DNA of 64,000 nt from Pristiophorus japonicus. Its lineage: Eukaryota. The position numbers and the translations under genes are program-made. A model generated the notes under the pieces. It searched no databases, had not been told where the DNA came from, and saw only the letters and a list, made by a program, of their open reading frames with translations. This document shows positions 36,961 through 49,094 of this stretch, one piece after another. The stretch is from the NCBI RefSeq assembly GCF_044704955.1, contig NC_091987.1, positions 26,598,001 through 26,662,000 on the forward strand, in the 5' to 3' direction. Position 1 is the stretch's first letter. Each line of letters begins with the position of its first letter.

Positions 36961-39900
36961 TGTTATGTCTGTAATGCACTTATGAATGATTCCACGAGGC
37001 ACTGTGTTGTACTCAAACTGTAGTGACCTTGGTCCTTTATTTGTAACTCCAGAGTGAGGCACAAGCATGGTGGGCAGCCTTTGAAACTGGGCCCTGCACA
37101 CCAATGCAGGTGACCCTGAGGTCTCCCACCGCAGTGCCCTCTGGTGGACAGCCTCTGTTACAGGGGTAGGAAACTCCAGTCTCCACCAGTTGCACCCTCT
37201 AGTGGTGCCAGCATGGTATATACACAATGTAAACCTTATTGAGAGTACATCATGTAAACAAGTCTCCATCTTATGCAACTGTACAGTGACTACACAGAGA
37301 GTATATCTATAGTCTCCATATATAACATCACTCTCCCCCAAGTCCTTTGTGCCAATTACCTTTGCAATATGTGCTCTGGCTTAGCTCTCCCTAGACTTAA
37401 GTGCCAATAGCCCTTGCACCTTGGCTGTGCTTTGGTTTGGCTCTCTCCCTGTTAACCCCCAAGTATTTTTGCCACAACGTTGGGTAGTGGTTACTAATTT
37501 GGATGGTTCGATGATGCAGTGGAGGTTCCAGTGGGTTCTGGGTGTGATCCATGTGTGTGTCCATGGCTGCATACATCCATTTCCCTCCCTCAACAATGAG
37601 ATCATGCAACTGGTTACATTAACATACAGGATCAGACACAGTGCAAGTACAAAGAAAGGAAATTACAGTTTTTATCGTGACACCTTGGTTCAGTGACTTA
37701 CATTCGTTACGTCTTGCGGTCGTGCGCCAGGATTGGGTAAATTGCATTCATGGTTCAGTCATGGCCAGTACTGAGGTCGCAGTACAGGTATGCGAGAACG
37801 CTAGTTCCAGAGCAACCGGATGGGGTCTTAATCATCGGATAGCGGCGCTGTGCCCCCTGCTAACGGGGTGGGCTTGGTTCGCTCACCTCACCAGGACTCA
37901 GGGCTTTTGCCATTGCTTAGTGGTGGGCAGAGCCACAGATGTGTGTGGCCTCCCTGTCCTCCTTTGAGGGCTGCAGAATCTTCTGCCTGCTCTCTAACGG
38001 TGTTGGGAACCTGGCTGTTCCAGGTCCCGTTTGGGGAACTCGTTGGTTCTGACCTTTCGCTCCTGGACATGGCCGAGGTAGCAACTGGGTCTGGGGGCTG
38101 CGCCATCTCCACCCGAGTGGTGGGCAACGGCACTGACTGCACGTATTGGCGCCGTTTTTGTTTCCAGGTCTGTGGCAAATAGTGCCATCGGGTGCCTGCA
38201 GCGTGGGATAGACCTGGGGCAGGGTATCAGGATCAGTGTCTTCACCCTCCTGAGGTCGCTAGCCTATAACTTGTGGGGACACCTGGGGCAGGGCATCAGG
38301 ATCAGCGCCTTTACCCTCCCGAATACTCTCACTTGCTACTTTTGGGGACACTCTATTCCCGACATCTCGCAACAACATTTTGTTCACAATCTTAATCGGT
38401 TCATTACTTTGATTGCCATGCATACAATATCTCTTTAAGTTCAGTTGGTTGCAGGTCTCCTTTAAGAGAACCCTGCTGGCTTTACCCCAATCAAATCCTT
38501 TGTTAGACACCACGTGTTGGTCCCTCAGTGTTGTACCTCGTGATATGGCCGCGGCCATCTTTTTTTTCAGCCACGCTGCACCTCGCTGCAGCAGGGACGC
38601 CATCTTGCCTCTGTCCTCGAGGTCGACTGCTTTGATCCTTCTCTCCCGCGATTCTGCCACAAAAGCTGGAAGACTGCCTGTGAATTCGATCTTCCTCCCC
38701 AGGAGTCCTGCCACTGGAGCCGGGAAGGTACTTTTAGGGCATTCTGGTCGGATCATTGCCACGCAGTCATGATGGATGGTCTGTACCTCAGGTGCTGCGC
38801 TGATCTGTTCTCTGGTGCCTGGCCCAAGCGAAGGTGAGATTTTGTTCTGCCTCTGAGCACGGGGGACATCGATTGCTGGAGTGAAGAGGTCTTCCCATTT
38901 CCACTGGATCTTCCCCAAGCACCTTCTTCCGAGTAGCGTTGGACCATCACCTGCAACAATCCACAGAGGTAACTTGTGCACCACGCCATTATGGATTACA
39001 ATTACATCGCACTACCAAGGACTGGGATCAGCTCCTTGGTGTAGGTGCGCAGCTTTTCCTGTACTGGAACCAGCTAGGGTCATTTTTCATTCTATAGCCT
39101 CTCAAAGGCATCCTGACTCATCACTGACTGGCTCGCTCCCGTGTCCACTTCCATGAAGACTGGAACGCTGTTTATCTCGACTTCCATCTTCACTAGAGGA
39201 TAATCGGTGGTGCAGGTATATACTCCATACACTTCTTCTTGGGGCTGAGCTGCCTCTCTGGACAAATCATCATACTCCCCGCTGGATTCAAAGTCATCTA
39301 CCGACTCCTCTGCTCGACGGTGAGTCATATTTCTTTTACACATATGCTGGAGGTGGCCCTTCGTGTTACAGGCTTTGCATACGTACTCAGCAAACCGACA
39401 CTGGTGAGCCCTGTGGTTTCCTCCACAACGTCAGCATGGTGCTACTCGATCAGAACCCCTCGGCGGACTCTGAGTTCTGGAATCCTGAGGTGTGTGCTCT
39501 CTGCCCTGGGCAGAGCCACGTTCTACAGTCTTGCCTGTGAAAGGCACCATTCTGTGTACAGTACTTGCTGGGTTTGAGTCCACAGGATGAATAATTTGCT
39601 TGGTGCTGCAGGTCAAGGTCATGAACACCTGACTGATGCTGATGGCCTTCTGCAGGTTGACTGTGGTGTCGGCAGATAATAGCTTGTGAAGGAGGCCCTC
39701 GTGGCCGATTCCCAAAATGAAGATGTCTCACAATGCTTCGTTGAGGTGCATGCCGAAATCAAATGGTGCCGCAAGTCTCCTGAGGTCGGCAGCATATTTT
39801 GCAATCTCCTGGCCCTCAGGTCTGCAGTGAGTGAAGAATCTGTGCCTGGCCGTGAGATTTTCTGTTTTGGTTTTAGTAGAATTAATTCAGTCAGCTCATC

Positions 39901-40462
39901 ATATGTCTTATCCTTGGCCTTCATGGGTGCCAGCAAGACCCTGACGAGGCGGTAGACCTCTGGCACACAACTGGTCAGCAGTATTGCCTTGAGCTTATCC
40001 GCCAATGTGTCCGTCTCCCCTGCCAGGTTGTTTGCCACGAAATATAGCTCCAGCCTTTCTGTGAAGGCATCCCAATCATCACTCTCTGTGAAGTCTTTTA
40101 GTGTGCCAAAGGTAGCTATGAACACATGAAAGTCCGGATTCTCATCGCCAGTTGTTATGTCTGTAATGCACTTATGAATGACTCCACGAGGCAATGTGTT
40201 GTACTCAAACTGTAGTGACCTTTGTCCTTTATTTGTAACTCCAGAGTGAGGCACACGCATGGTGGGCAGCCTTTTATACTGGGCCCTGCACATCTATGCA
40301 GGTGACCCTCAGGTCTCCCACCGCAGTGCTGTCTGGTGGACAGCCTCTGCCACAGGGGCAGGAAACCCCACCAGTTGCACCCTCTAGTGGTGCCAGCATA
40401 GTATATACACATTGTGAACCTTATTGATAGTACATCAGGTAACAGGTCTCCATCTTATGCAA
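36961..40462 (-). mobile_element. Gypsy family C, non-autonomous or deleted: LTRs 36961-37327 and 40153-~40462 (truncated); gag and protease present, no RT or integrase
   Basis: Matching LTRs, PBS TGGCGATGAG and polypurine tract (PPT). Contains gag DDWDAFTERL, PR EVDTGASQS and LPLWIVAGDGPTLLGR, but no xxDD RT motif was found. Confidence 0.85.
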
Positions 40463-41396
40463 TTATGCATAACCTCAGCCAATGGTTATGTTTTGTGTGT
40501 CCGCCTACACAATAAGAATAAGCAGACTGTTGCACCGTGAGGGCGTCGTGGCCAAGTCCAATATTGCTGTTACCAGAATGACCACATGCGCCCTTCCTAT
40601 AGATCAGGACCTGAACATGAGTTGTTGCTACTGCAGGAATTTAGGGACAATCAGGCCCAATATAAATCCCCGGCCTCTACCAGGTCAGGTGAATGGACTC
40701 AGCAGAAAACGGAGATTCAAGCTAGGAGACATGTTTCCCTGTCCCTCGCACGGAGTTGCTGGGGCGATTACTGTGCACACATTTTAATTTGATTTGAATT
40801 AAGAAAATTTGAGATGAAGCAGGAAAACAGAAGTGGATTTTGCCATCATCAAAACAGACGGTACCATAATTGGGTTCAGTCCATGAAGATGGTATTTATC
40901 TGCCCCTGTGACGTCTAACGCTAGCGGGGAAGAGTTGAATAGATTGAAATATACAAAGATACACACATCGATTGGTTGTGCCCCATTATTACTCTCTGCT
41001 CTTGTCTTTAATGCACTGTTGGCAAACACTCAGTGTTGGGCTTGACTTAAATCAGGAAGTGCAGAGTGAAGCAAATATCTTGTCCCAACATAATGTGGAA
41101 CATTGTGTGTCTTTAGCTGCCACATAATGTAGTTTAAAGATAGCCCGCAAACACCAGGGCACCGTGCAGTAAAGTTAGACACACCCTGATCCTATCACTT
41201 ACTATTGGTCCTCACATCGCTTGTTTTGGTGCACATACTGCGTGCAGATCATTGCATCATCTGCTTGCTGCTTGTGACATGAATTGATGTTCATACATTA
41301 CCTGTAACCTAGAGGGATCTGCTCACTAGGGTGTTAGCTTTACATTAAAGTACACAGCGCTGACTGTGTGATGGTACTTTGAGGAACGGTCCTTAC

Positions 41397-41690
41397 CTTT
41401 CGGGCTGCTGATGGTCCCCTCACAGAGGGTTGTGAAGGTGGATGTGAGGTGGTACAAGTGAATGTTGATCCTGTCTAACATTCTGCTGATGGTAAAACAA
41501 GCAGCTCCTTGTGCTGAAGGTCAGCTCCTGTTGAAGAGCAGTGGGGAAAGCAGCTCCATCCTTCTCCCAGACACGGTGATGTTGTCAGGGTAGAATCCAC
41601 TGATCAAACCTGTGAGAGAGGCGGCGATCAGACAGTGAATCCTTTCTGGCAATGGAGGCAGGAGGCGGAGCTTTGTTTCCAGGGGCTCCA
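41397..41690 (-). pseudogene. IgNAR: IgNAR-like constant exon C3, disrupted
   Basis: TTTCAG| acceptor and AAG|GTAAGG donor. Translation VEPLETKLRLLPPLPE...LTGLISGFYPDNITVS/WEKDG...FPTALQQELTFSTRS...FTCTTSHPPSQ resembles recalled nurse shark C3. The first Cys is Gly, there are frameshifts, and TAG lies at 41475-41477. Confidence 0.85.
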
Positions 41691-41702
41691 CTGAAACACA
41701 AA

Positions 41703-42221
41703 TTGACCCAGTGTTAGTCTCCCATCCACTGCCATTGGTAAACAGGGCTGTATATTGTAGTTGACCCAGTGTTAGTCTCCCATCCACTGCCATTGGGAAA
41801 CAGGGCTGTATATTGTAGTTGACCCAGTGTTAGTCTCCCGTCCACTGCCATTGGGAAACAGGGCTGTATATTGTAGTTGACCCAGTGTTAGTCTCCCGTC
41901 CACTGCCATTGGGAAACAGGGCTGTATATTGTAGTTGACCCAGTGTTAGTCTCCCGTCCACTGCCATTGGGAAACAGGGCTGTATATTGTAGTTGACCCA
42001 GTGTTAGTCTCCCGTCCACTGCCATTGGGAAACAGGGCTGTATATTGTAGTTGACCCAGTGTTAAGGTCCCATCCACTGCCATTGGGAAACAGGGTGTAT
42101 ATTGTAGTTAATCCAGTGTTAGTCTCCCATCCACTGCCATTGGGAAACAAGGCTGTATATTGTAGTTGACCCAGTGTTAGTCTCCCATCTACTGCCATTG
42201 GGAAACAAGGCTGTATATTGT
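41703..42221. repeat. 58-bp minisatellite, about 9 copies, filling the C2-C3 intron
   Basis: TTGACCCAGTGTTAGTCTCCCGTCCACTGCCATTGGGAAACAGGGCTGTATATTGTAG at 41703, 41761, 41819, 41877, 41935, 41993, 42051 and onward. Confidence 0.97.
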
Positions 42222-42228
42222 TAGCCAC

Positions 42229-42531
42229 CTTTTGCCTTTGCTGTGTGTTTGGATACCACAGTCGATGATTGGCCCTCCTGTGCTGAACACAAGTATTCTC
42301 CCCCGCTCTCCCACTCTCCCACGCTGCTTGTCAAATGCCCGATGGCCAGGTACAGGGCTCCATGCATTGTAGCTGGTTCGCTCAAAACTCCTTCAGTACT
42401 TCTCTTCCCACCCACTATCCAAGCAATCACAGTCTCAGTGGAAACTATAGAGACCACTTCTCACAACAGGGTGGCATTTTTGTTGATACACATTTCTTCC
42501 ACGGAAGTATCTCTCAGAAATACTGCGAGCT
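42229..42531 (-). pseudogene. IgNAR: IgNAR-like constant exon C2 (303 nt, phase 1-1) with a premature stop at the canonical Cys
   Basis: ELAVFLRDTSVEEMCINKNATLL*EVVSIVSTETVIAWIVGGKRSTEGV...HLTSSVGEWESGGEYLCSAQEGQSSTVVSKHTAKAK. TGA at 42461-42463; GTCAG| acceptor and G|GTGGC donor. Confidence 0.88.
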
Positions 42532-42796
42532 CTGACAGTGAGGAACCACAAGTTCAGAATTGGGGCAATGCTTGAGCATTGACGATGCCGAAAGTGCAAC
42601 AAGGATTTAAATTTCAGTGATAACCTATAGGATGGCAAGATGTAATCATGTTGCTCACTGATTATTATTGAATTTAAAACATTGTTTTGGTGTTTCCATG
42701 TATGTTGGTCGCATCATAACTTTATAAAACTGATCTAAACTGAGAGACGGAGGCAGAGAGTGAGAGAGAGATACAGAGACATAGAGAGACTGAGAT

Positions 42797-45700
42797 AAGA
42801 ACATAAGAAATAGGAGCAGGAGTCGGCCATATGGCCCCTCGAGCCTGCTCCGCCATTTAATACGATCATGGCTGATCCGATCATGGACTCAGCTCCACTT
42901 CCCCGCCCGCTCCCCATAATCCCTTATCCGCTTATCGGTTAAGAAACTGTCGATTTCTGTCTTAATTTTATTCAATGACCCAGCTTCCACAGCTCTCTCT
43001 CTGGGGCAGAGAATTCCACAGATTTACAACCCTCTGAGAGAAGAAATTCCTTCTCATCTCAGTTTTAAATGGGCGGCCCCTTATTCTAAGATCATGCCCC
43101 CTAGTTCTAGTCTCCACCATCAGTGGAAACATCCTCTCTGCATCCACCTTGTCAAGCCTCCTCATAATCTTATACGTTTCGATAAGATTACCTCTCATTC
43201 TTCTGAATTCCAATGAGTAGAGGCCCAACCTACTCAACCTTTCCTCATAAGTTAACCCCCTCATCTCCGGAATCAACCGAGTGAACCTTCTCTGAACTGC
43301 CTCCAAAGCAAGTATATCCTTTCATAAATATGGAAACCAAAACTGGACGGAGTATTCCAGGTGTGGCCTCACCAATACCCTGTACAACTGCAGCAAGACT
43401 TCCTTGCTTTTATACTCCATCCCTTTTGCAATAAAGGCCAAGATTCCATTGGCCTTCCTGATCACTTGCTGTACCTGCATACTATCCTTTTGCGTTTCAT
43501 GCACAAGTACCCCAGGTCCCGCTGTACTGCGTCACTTTGCAATCTTTCTCCATTTAAATAATAACTTGCTCTTTGATTTTTTTCTGTCAAAGTGCATATC
43601 CTCACATTTTCCAATATTATACTCCATCTGCCAAATTTTTGCCCACTCACTTAGCCTGTCTATGTCCTTTTGCATGTATTTTGTGTCCACCTCGCACATT
43701 GCTTTTCCTCCCATCTTTGTATCATTGGTAAACTTGGCTACATTACATTCGGTCCCTTCTTCAAAGTCGTTAATATAGATTGTAAATAGTTGGAGTCCCA
43801 GCATTGATCCCTGCGTATCCCACTAGTTACTGATTGCCAACCAGAGATTGAACCATTTATCCTGACTCTCGGTTCTCTGATAGTTAGCCAATCCTGTGGA
43901 TGGGCAATGGCAGACATTTAGAGACCGCATGGATGAACTACAACAATTGTGCATTCCTGTCTGGCGTAAAAATAAAAAAGGGAAGGTGGCTCAACCGTGG
44001 CTATCAAGGGAAATCAGTGATAGCATTAAAGCCAAGGAAGTGGCATACAAATTGGCCAGAAATAGCAGCGAACCCGGGGACTGGGAGAAATTTAGAACTC
44101 AGCAGAGGAGGACAAAGGGTTTGATTAGGGCAGGGAAAATGGAGTACGAGAAGAAACTTGCAGGGAACATTAAGACGGATTGCAAAAGTTTCTATTGATA
44201 TGTAAAGAGAAAAAGGTTAGTAAAGACAAACGTAGGTCCCCTGCAGTCAGAATCAGGGGAAGTCATAACGGGGAACAAAGAAATGGCGGACCAATTGAAC
44301 AAGTACTTTGGTTCGGTATTCACTGAGGAGGACACAAACAACCTTCCGGATATAAAAGGGGTCGGAGGGTCTAGTAAGGAGGAGGAACTGAGGGAAATCC
44401 TTATTAGTCGGGAAACTGTGTTGGGGAAGTTGATGGGATTGAAGGCCGATAAATCCCCAGGGCCTGATGGACTGCATCCCAGAGTACTTAAGGAGGTGGC
44501 CTTGGAAATAGTGGATGCATTGACAGTCATTTTCCAACATTCCATTGACTCTGGATCAGTTCCTATGGAGTGGAGGGTAGCCAATGTAACCCCACTTTTT
44601 AAAAAAGGAGGGAGAGAGAAAACAGGGAATTATAGACCGGTCAGCCTGACATCGGTAGTGGGTAAAATGATGGAATCAATTATTAAGGATGTCATAGCAG
44701 TGCATTTGGAAAGACGTAATATGATAGGTCCAAGTCAGCATAGATTTGTGAAAGGGAAATCATGCTTGACAAATCTTGTGGAATTTTTTGAGGATGTTTC
44801 CAGTAGAGTGGACAAGGGAGAACCAGTTGATGTGGTATATTTGGACTTTCAGAAGGCTTTCGACAAGGTCCCACACAAGAGATTAATGTGCAAAGTTAAA
44901 GCACATGGGATTGGGGGTAGTGTGCTGACATGGATTGAGAACTGGTTGGCAGACAGGAAGCAAAGAGCAGGAGTAAATGGGTACTTTTCAAAATGGCAGG
45001 CAGTGACTAGTGGGGTACTGCAAGGTTCTGTGCTGGGGCCCCAGCTGTTTACACTGTACATTAATGATTTAGACGAGGGGATTAAATGTAATATCTCCAA
45101 ATTTGCGGATGACACTAAGTTGGGTGGCAGTGTGAGCTGCGAGGAGGATGCTATGAGGCTGCAGAGCGACTTGGATAGGTTAGGTGAGTGGCCAAATGCA
45201 TGGCAGATGAAGTATAATGTGGATACATGTGAGGTTATCCACTTTGGTAGTAAAAACAGAGAGACAGACTATTATCTGAATGGTGACAGATTAGGAAAAG
45301 GGGAGGTGCAAAGAGTCCTGGGTGTCATGGTACATCAGTCATTGAAGGTTGGCATGCAGGTACAGCAGGCGGTTAAGAAAGCAAATGGCATGTTGGCCTT
45401 CATAGCGAGGGGATTTGAGTACAGGGGCAGGGAGGTGTTGCTACAATTGTACAGGGCCTTGGTGAGGCCACACCTGGAGTATTGTGTACAGTTTTGGTCT
45501 GCTAACCTGAGGAAGGACATTCTTGCTATTGAGGGAGTGCAGCGAAGGTTCACCAGACTGATTCCCGGGATGGCAGGACTGACCTATCAAGAAAGACTGG
45601 ATCAATTGGGCTTGTATTCACTGGAGTTCAGAAGAATGAGAGGGGACCTTATAGAAACGTTTAAAATTCTGACGGGGTTAGACAGGTTAGATGCAGGAAG

Positions 45701-46320
45701 AATGTTCCCAATGTTGGGGAAGTCCAGAACCAGGAGACACAGTCTAAGGATAAGGGGGAAGCCATTTAGGACCGAGATGAGGAGGAATTTCTTCACCCAG
45801 AGAGTGGTGAACCTGTGGAATTCTCTACCACAGAAAGTTGTTGAGGCCAATTCACTAAATATATTCAAAAGGGAGTTGGATGAAGTCCTTACTACTAGGG
45901 GAATCAAGGGGTATGGTGAGAAAGCAGGAATGGGGTACTGAAGTTGCATGTTCAGCCATGAACTCATTGAATGGCGGTGCAGGCTAGAAGGGCCGAATGG
46001 CCTACTCCTGCACCTATTTTCTATGTTTCTATGTTTCTATCCTCTATCCATGGTAATATATTACCCCCAACCCTGTGAACATTTATCTTGTGCAGTAACC
46101 TTTTGTGTGGCACCTTATCAAATGTCTTCTGGAAGTCCAAATACATCACATCCGCTGGTTCCCCTTAATCCACCCTGTTCATTACATTTTCAAAGAATTC
46201 CAGCAAATTTGTCAACCATGTCTTCCCCTTCATAAATCCATGCTGACTCTACCTGACCAAATTTTGCTTTTCCAAATGTCCTGCTATTGTTTCTTTAAAA
46301 ATGTACTCCAACATTTTCCC
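42797..46320 (-). mobile_element. CR1 3' portion (minus), interrupted by a younger plus-strand CR1
   Basis: CATAAGAA tail at ~42797; RT ORFs 42968-43804; the sequence resumes at 46039. Confidence 0.88.
43896..46038 (+). mobile_element. Young 5'-truncated CR1 with an uninterrupted 552-aa RT reading frame (44283-45941); TSD ATCCT
   Basis: Complete RT motif set; ATCCT at 43891-43895 and 46039-46043. Confidence 0.93.
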
Positions 46321-46456
46321 NNNNNNNNNNNNNNNNNNNNNNNNNNNNNNNNNNNNNNNNNNNNNNNNNNNNNNNNNNNNNNNNNNNNNNNNNNNNNNNN
46401 NNNNNNNNNNNNNNNNNNNNNNNNNNNNNNNNNNNNNNNNNNNNNNNNNNNNNNNN
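46321..46456. other. Assembly gap (136 N)
   Basis: Run of N. Confidence 1.
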
Positions 46457-46559
46457 CAGAGATAGAGAGACATCGAGTGGTGATGAGCGACAGAGAGACA
46501 ATAGCAGGCATATATATCTCACAACATATGCACTCCACCCCACCCGAAACCATGTGATC

Positions 46560-47820
46560 TCCTAGGCGAGGCAAAATACCAGATAAAAAAAACATTACAA
46601 ATTTTGCGGGGAAAAGTCAGGGAAATTCCTTTCTGACCCATCTAGGCGATTGCAACTAGTCCAGGAGATCACCCTGGCCTGAAAGTCCCTTCCTTCTATA
46701 CGTGCTGATCTCTGCCATCGCCAGAGACAAATTCAGCTTTTCACTGAAGTAATTCAGCAAGTCTGCATCCAACACATGACATAGCAGATAGTTCCAGAGG
46801 TCTACCATTCTCTGGGGTAAAATTCCTCCTGATATCCAACCTATATCTAGTCGTATACAAATTAAATTTGTGACCCATGTTACTGCCTGACCTACTTAAT
46901 TGAAATAAGCTGTCAGCTTGAACACCATCTATTTCCATCATTATCTTATAAACATCAATCATTTCTCCCCCTCAGTCTACACTGCTCTAATGTATTGAGA
47001 CCCAACTATTTTAGCCTATCTTGATAACTAAGATGTTTTAATATTTGGCTCTGTTCCGCACCATTTCCAGAGGAGTCTGAAAATCACCACTATGTGAGGA
47101 GGCCAAGCCTGGACATATTCCAAGGGCAGCCTGATTCAGGTCTTGCACAAGTACACCCAGCACCCTATTTGCTCTAGCTAATGCTGCACGACATTGCTCG
47201 TGTAACTTTAAGGATGTAGTCTCTACAATATACAATTTATTCTATCCCCACTATCTTTAATGCCTTTCTCTGGAGGATATATGAATTTTGAGCATTTGAC
47301 CTGCCCACATGCATAACACTGCAATTATCTAAGTGATACTTAATTTTCCATTCTTGAACGCAATCTCCCAACACATTAAGATCGGCCTGAAGCAGACGAT
47401 GATTTTCTACAATTCTAACGCTCGCACAGATCTTTGTATCAGCTGCAAATTTGGAATTTGTGCCCCATCCCCAAAATCCAGATCATCAAAAACCAGTAAA
47501 CAGCATCAGTCCCAGCACTGATCCCTGCAGGACACCACTGGTGACCGGTCACCAGACAGATCCAAATCCAACAGTAACTACTTTTACCCTGCATCCTGCC
47601 AGCCAGTTATGAATCCAACTCAATATATTTCCACTAACAGCAAAGGCCTCGATTTTACAAAAAAGCCTCTTATGGTGTAGCTTATCAAAACTTTTTGGAA
47701 ATTCAAATAGACAAAGTCTACTGAGCTTCCCTCATCCACCAACTTTGTAATTTTTTCTAATAATAGAATTCGGTTTGTAAGACATGAGTTCTTTTTCATG
47801 AAGCCCTGTTGGGTGTCCCG
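46560..47820 (-). mobile_element. Old, degenerate CR1-like LINE RT remnant
   Basis: MIDVYKIM...RLDIRRNF; CRAALARANRVLG; CCCAGCACTGATCCCTGCAGGACACC (GVLQGSVLG). Confidence 0.7.
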
Positions 47821-48749
47821 AATATATATAACAGGTTCCTCTCTATAGAGAGCAAGAGAGAGAGAGGGAGAGGGGATGGGCAGAGAGAGAGAAAGAGAGA
47901 TTGATTGAATTCTACAAAGTAGAGGGTCATTCGGTCCATGTCTGTGGCCTCCCTCAACGCACTCTCAACTCGTCTTTTCCTGCCCCTTGGCCAGGCCTTT
48001 TTTAAACAAAAGAACAGCTCGTTGTTGAATTGTTTTGTGATTAGAGCTGTCGGTTTTAATCTAATGACAGCTTTCTCTCACTGTCTATATCTCTCTCTTT
48101 CAGTTCCTTCTTTCTCCGTCCCTCTCTCGTTCATTCCATGTTTGTACCGATACCCGGTATCATGTAGTATACATCCTCACAAATTGAACGAGCAACAGAA
48201 ACGCACTGTTACAGTTGGATCCTCTTTGGTAAAATATGCTACGCTGTGCGTTTCGGTCTGGTTTCACCTGGATTGATTTGGTGAATAAATTAAATAGAAT
48301 GGTTGATAATACGTTATAAATTGTTGGTAATAAAAGTTTATGATCGAACATCGTGCAATGTTCATGTATGTGTCAAGACTTCTCAAACTGCCCTTTGTAT
48401 TATCCGCCGCGCAGTGAGCACCTTCAGGTACCTCAACCATTACTGCTGCAACATAGAAAGATTGAATGATGCAGCGGCGAAGGAGGCCATTCAGCCTATT
48501 GTGCCTGTGCTGGCTCATTGAAAGAGCACCTTCAGTTACCTTGGCCATTGCTGCTAAATCATTCCAAACTACCTTTACTGTAGTTTTATACAGTATGATA
48601 AATTTTCACAGAGTTTACTCAGAAGCGGTTCAGCGATGTTTAAACCTCATCGATAAATGATCACAATAACATCCCATCTGACCCAGTTGTGAGAAACAAA
48701 GACGGAATGTTTCACCTGTGCAGCGTGTGAATTGGTTACATTTGCTCAC

Positions 48750-49067
48750 CTGATGATGAATTTCTTTCCGCTGGTTACTTTTGGTTGGGGACGGGGATAT
48801 TGGCAGTTGTACACAGAACCGCTGGCCCATTCCTGCGTTGGGACATTGAGGAGGCTCCTGGAGCTAAAGATTCCATTGGAATTTTTAGCTGGGAATGAGG
48901 TGATAACTGCAGACCGTATGGCATTACCGTTCTTCTCCCAGCTCACCCCAATGTTTTCTGGCTGGTATTCGCTGATGAGGCAAATCAGTTGCACAAAATC
49001 CTTTGCTCTAAGTTGGTCAGTTGCAGAGTCGAGTAGCTAAAATTACAAAGAAGGACTTACTCTATTT
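48750..49067 (-). pseudogene. IgNAR: IgNAR-like constant exon C1, frameshifted near its 3' end; 5' boundary uncertain (49067 or 49036)
   Basis: LLDSATDQLRAKDFVQLICLISEYQPENIGVSWEKNG...FSSRSLLNVPTQEWASGSVYNCQ, then a shifted frame SPSPTKSNQRKEI and the donor CAG|GTGAGC. Closely resembles recalled nurse shark C1 (FVQLVCLISGYYPENIAVSWQKN...SNQRKEI). Confidence 0.88.
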
Positions 49068-49094
49068 CTGTAATGACGATTATACCGTTTCTAA

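Noticed and set aside
41703-42221. Regular repeat considered as a CRISPR array or an Ig switch region
   Set aside because: The units are contiguous with no unique spacers, and the DNA is vertebrate. It lacks AGCT/GGGGT density and lies between C exons.
46105-46595. ORFs containing X runs
   Set aside because: They span the N gap and are not real.
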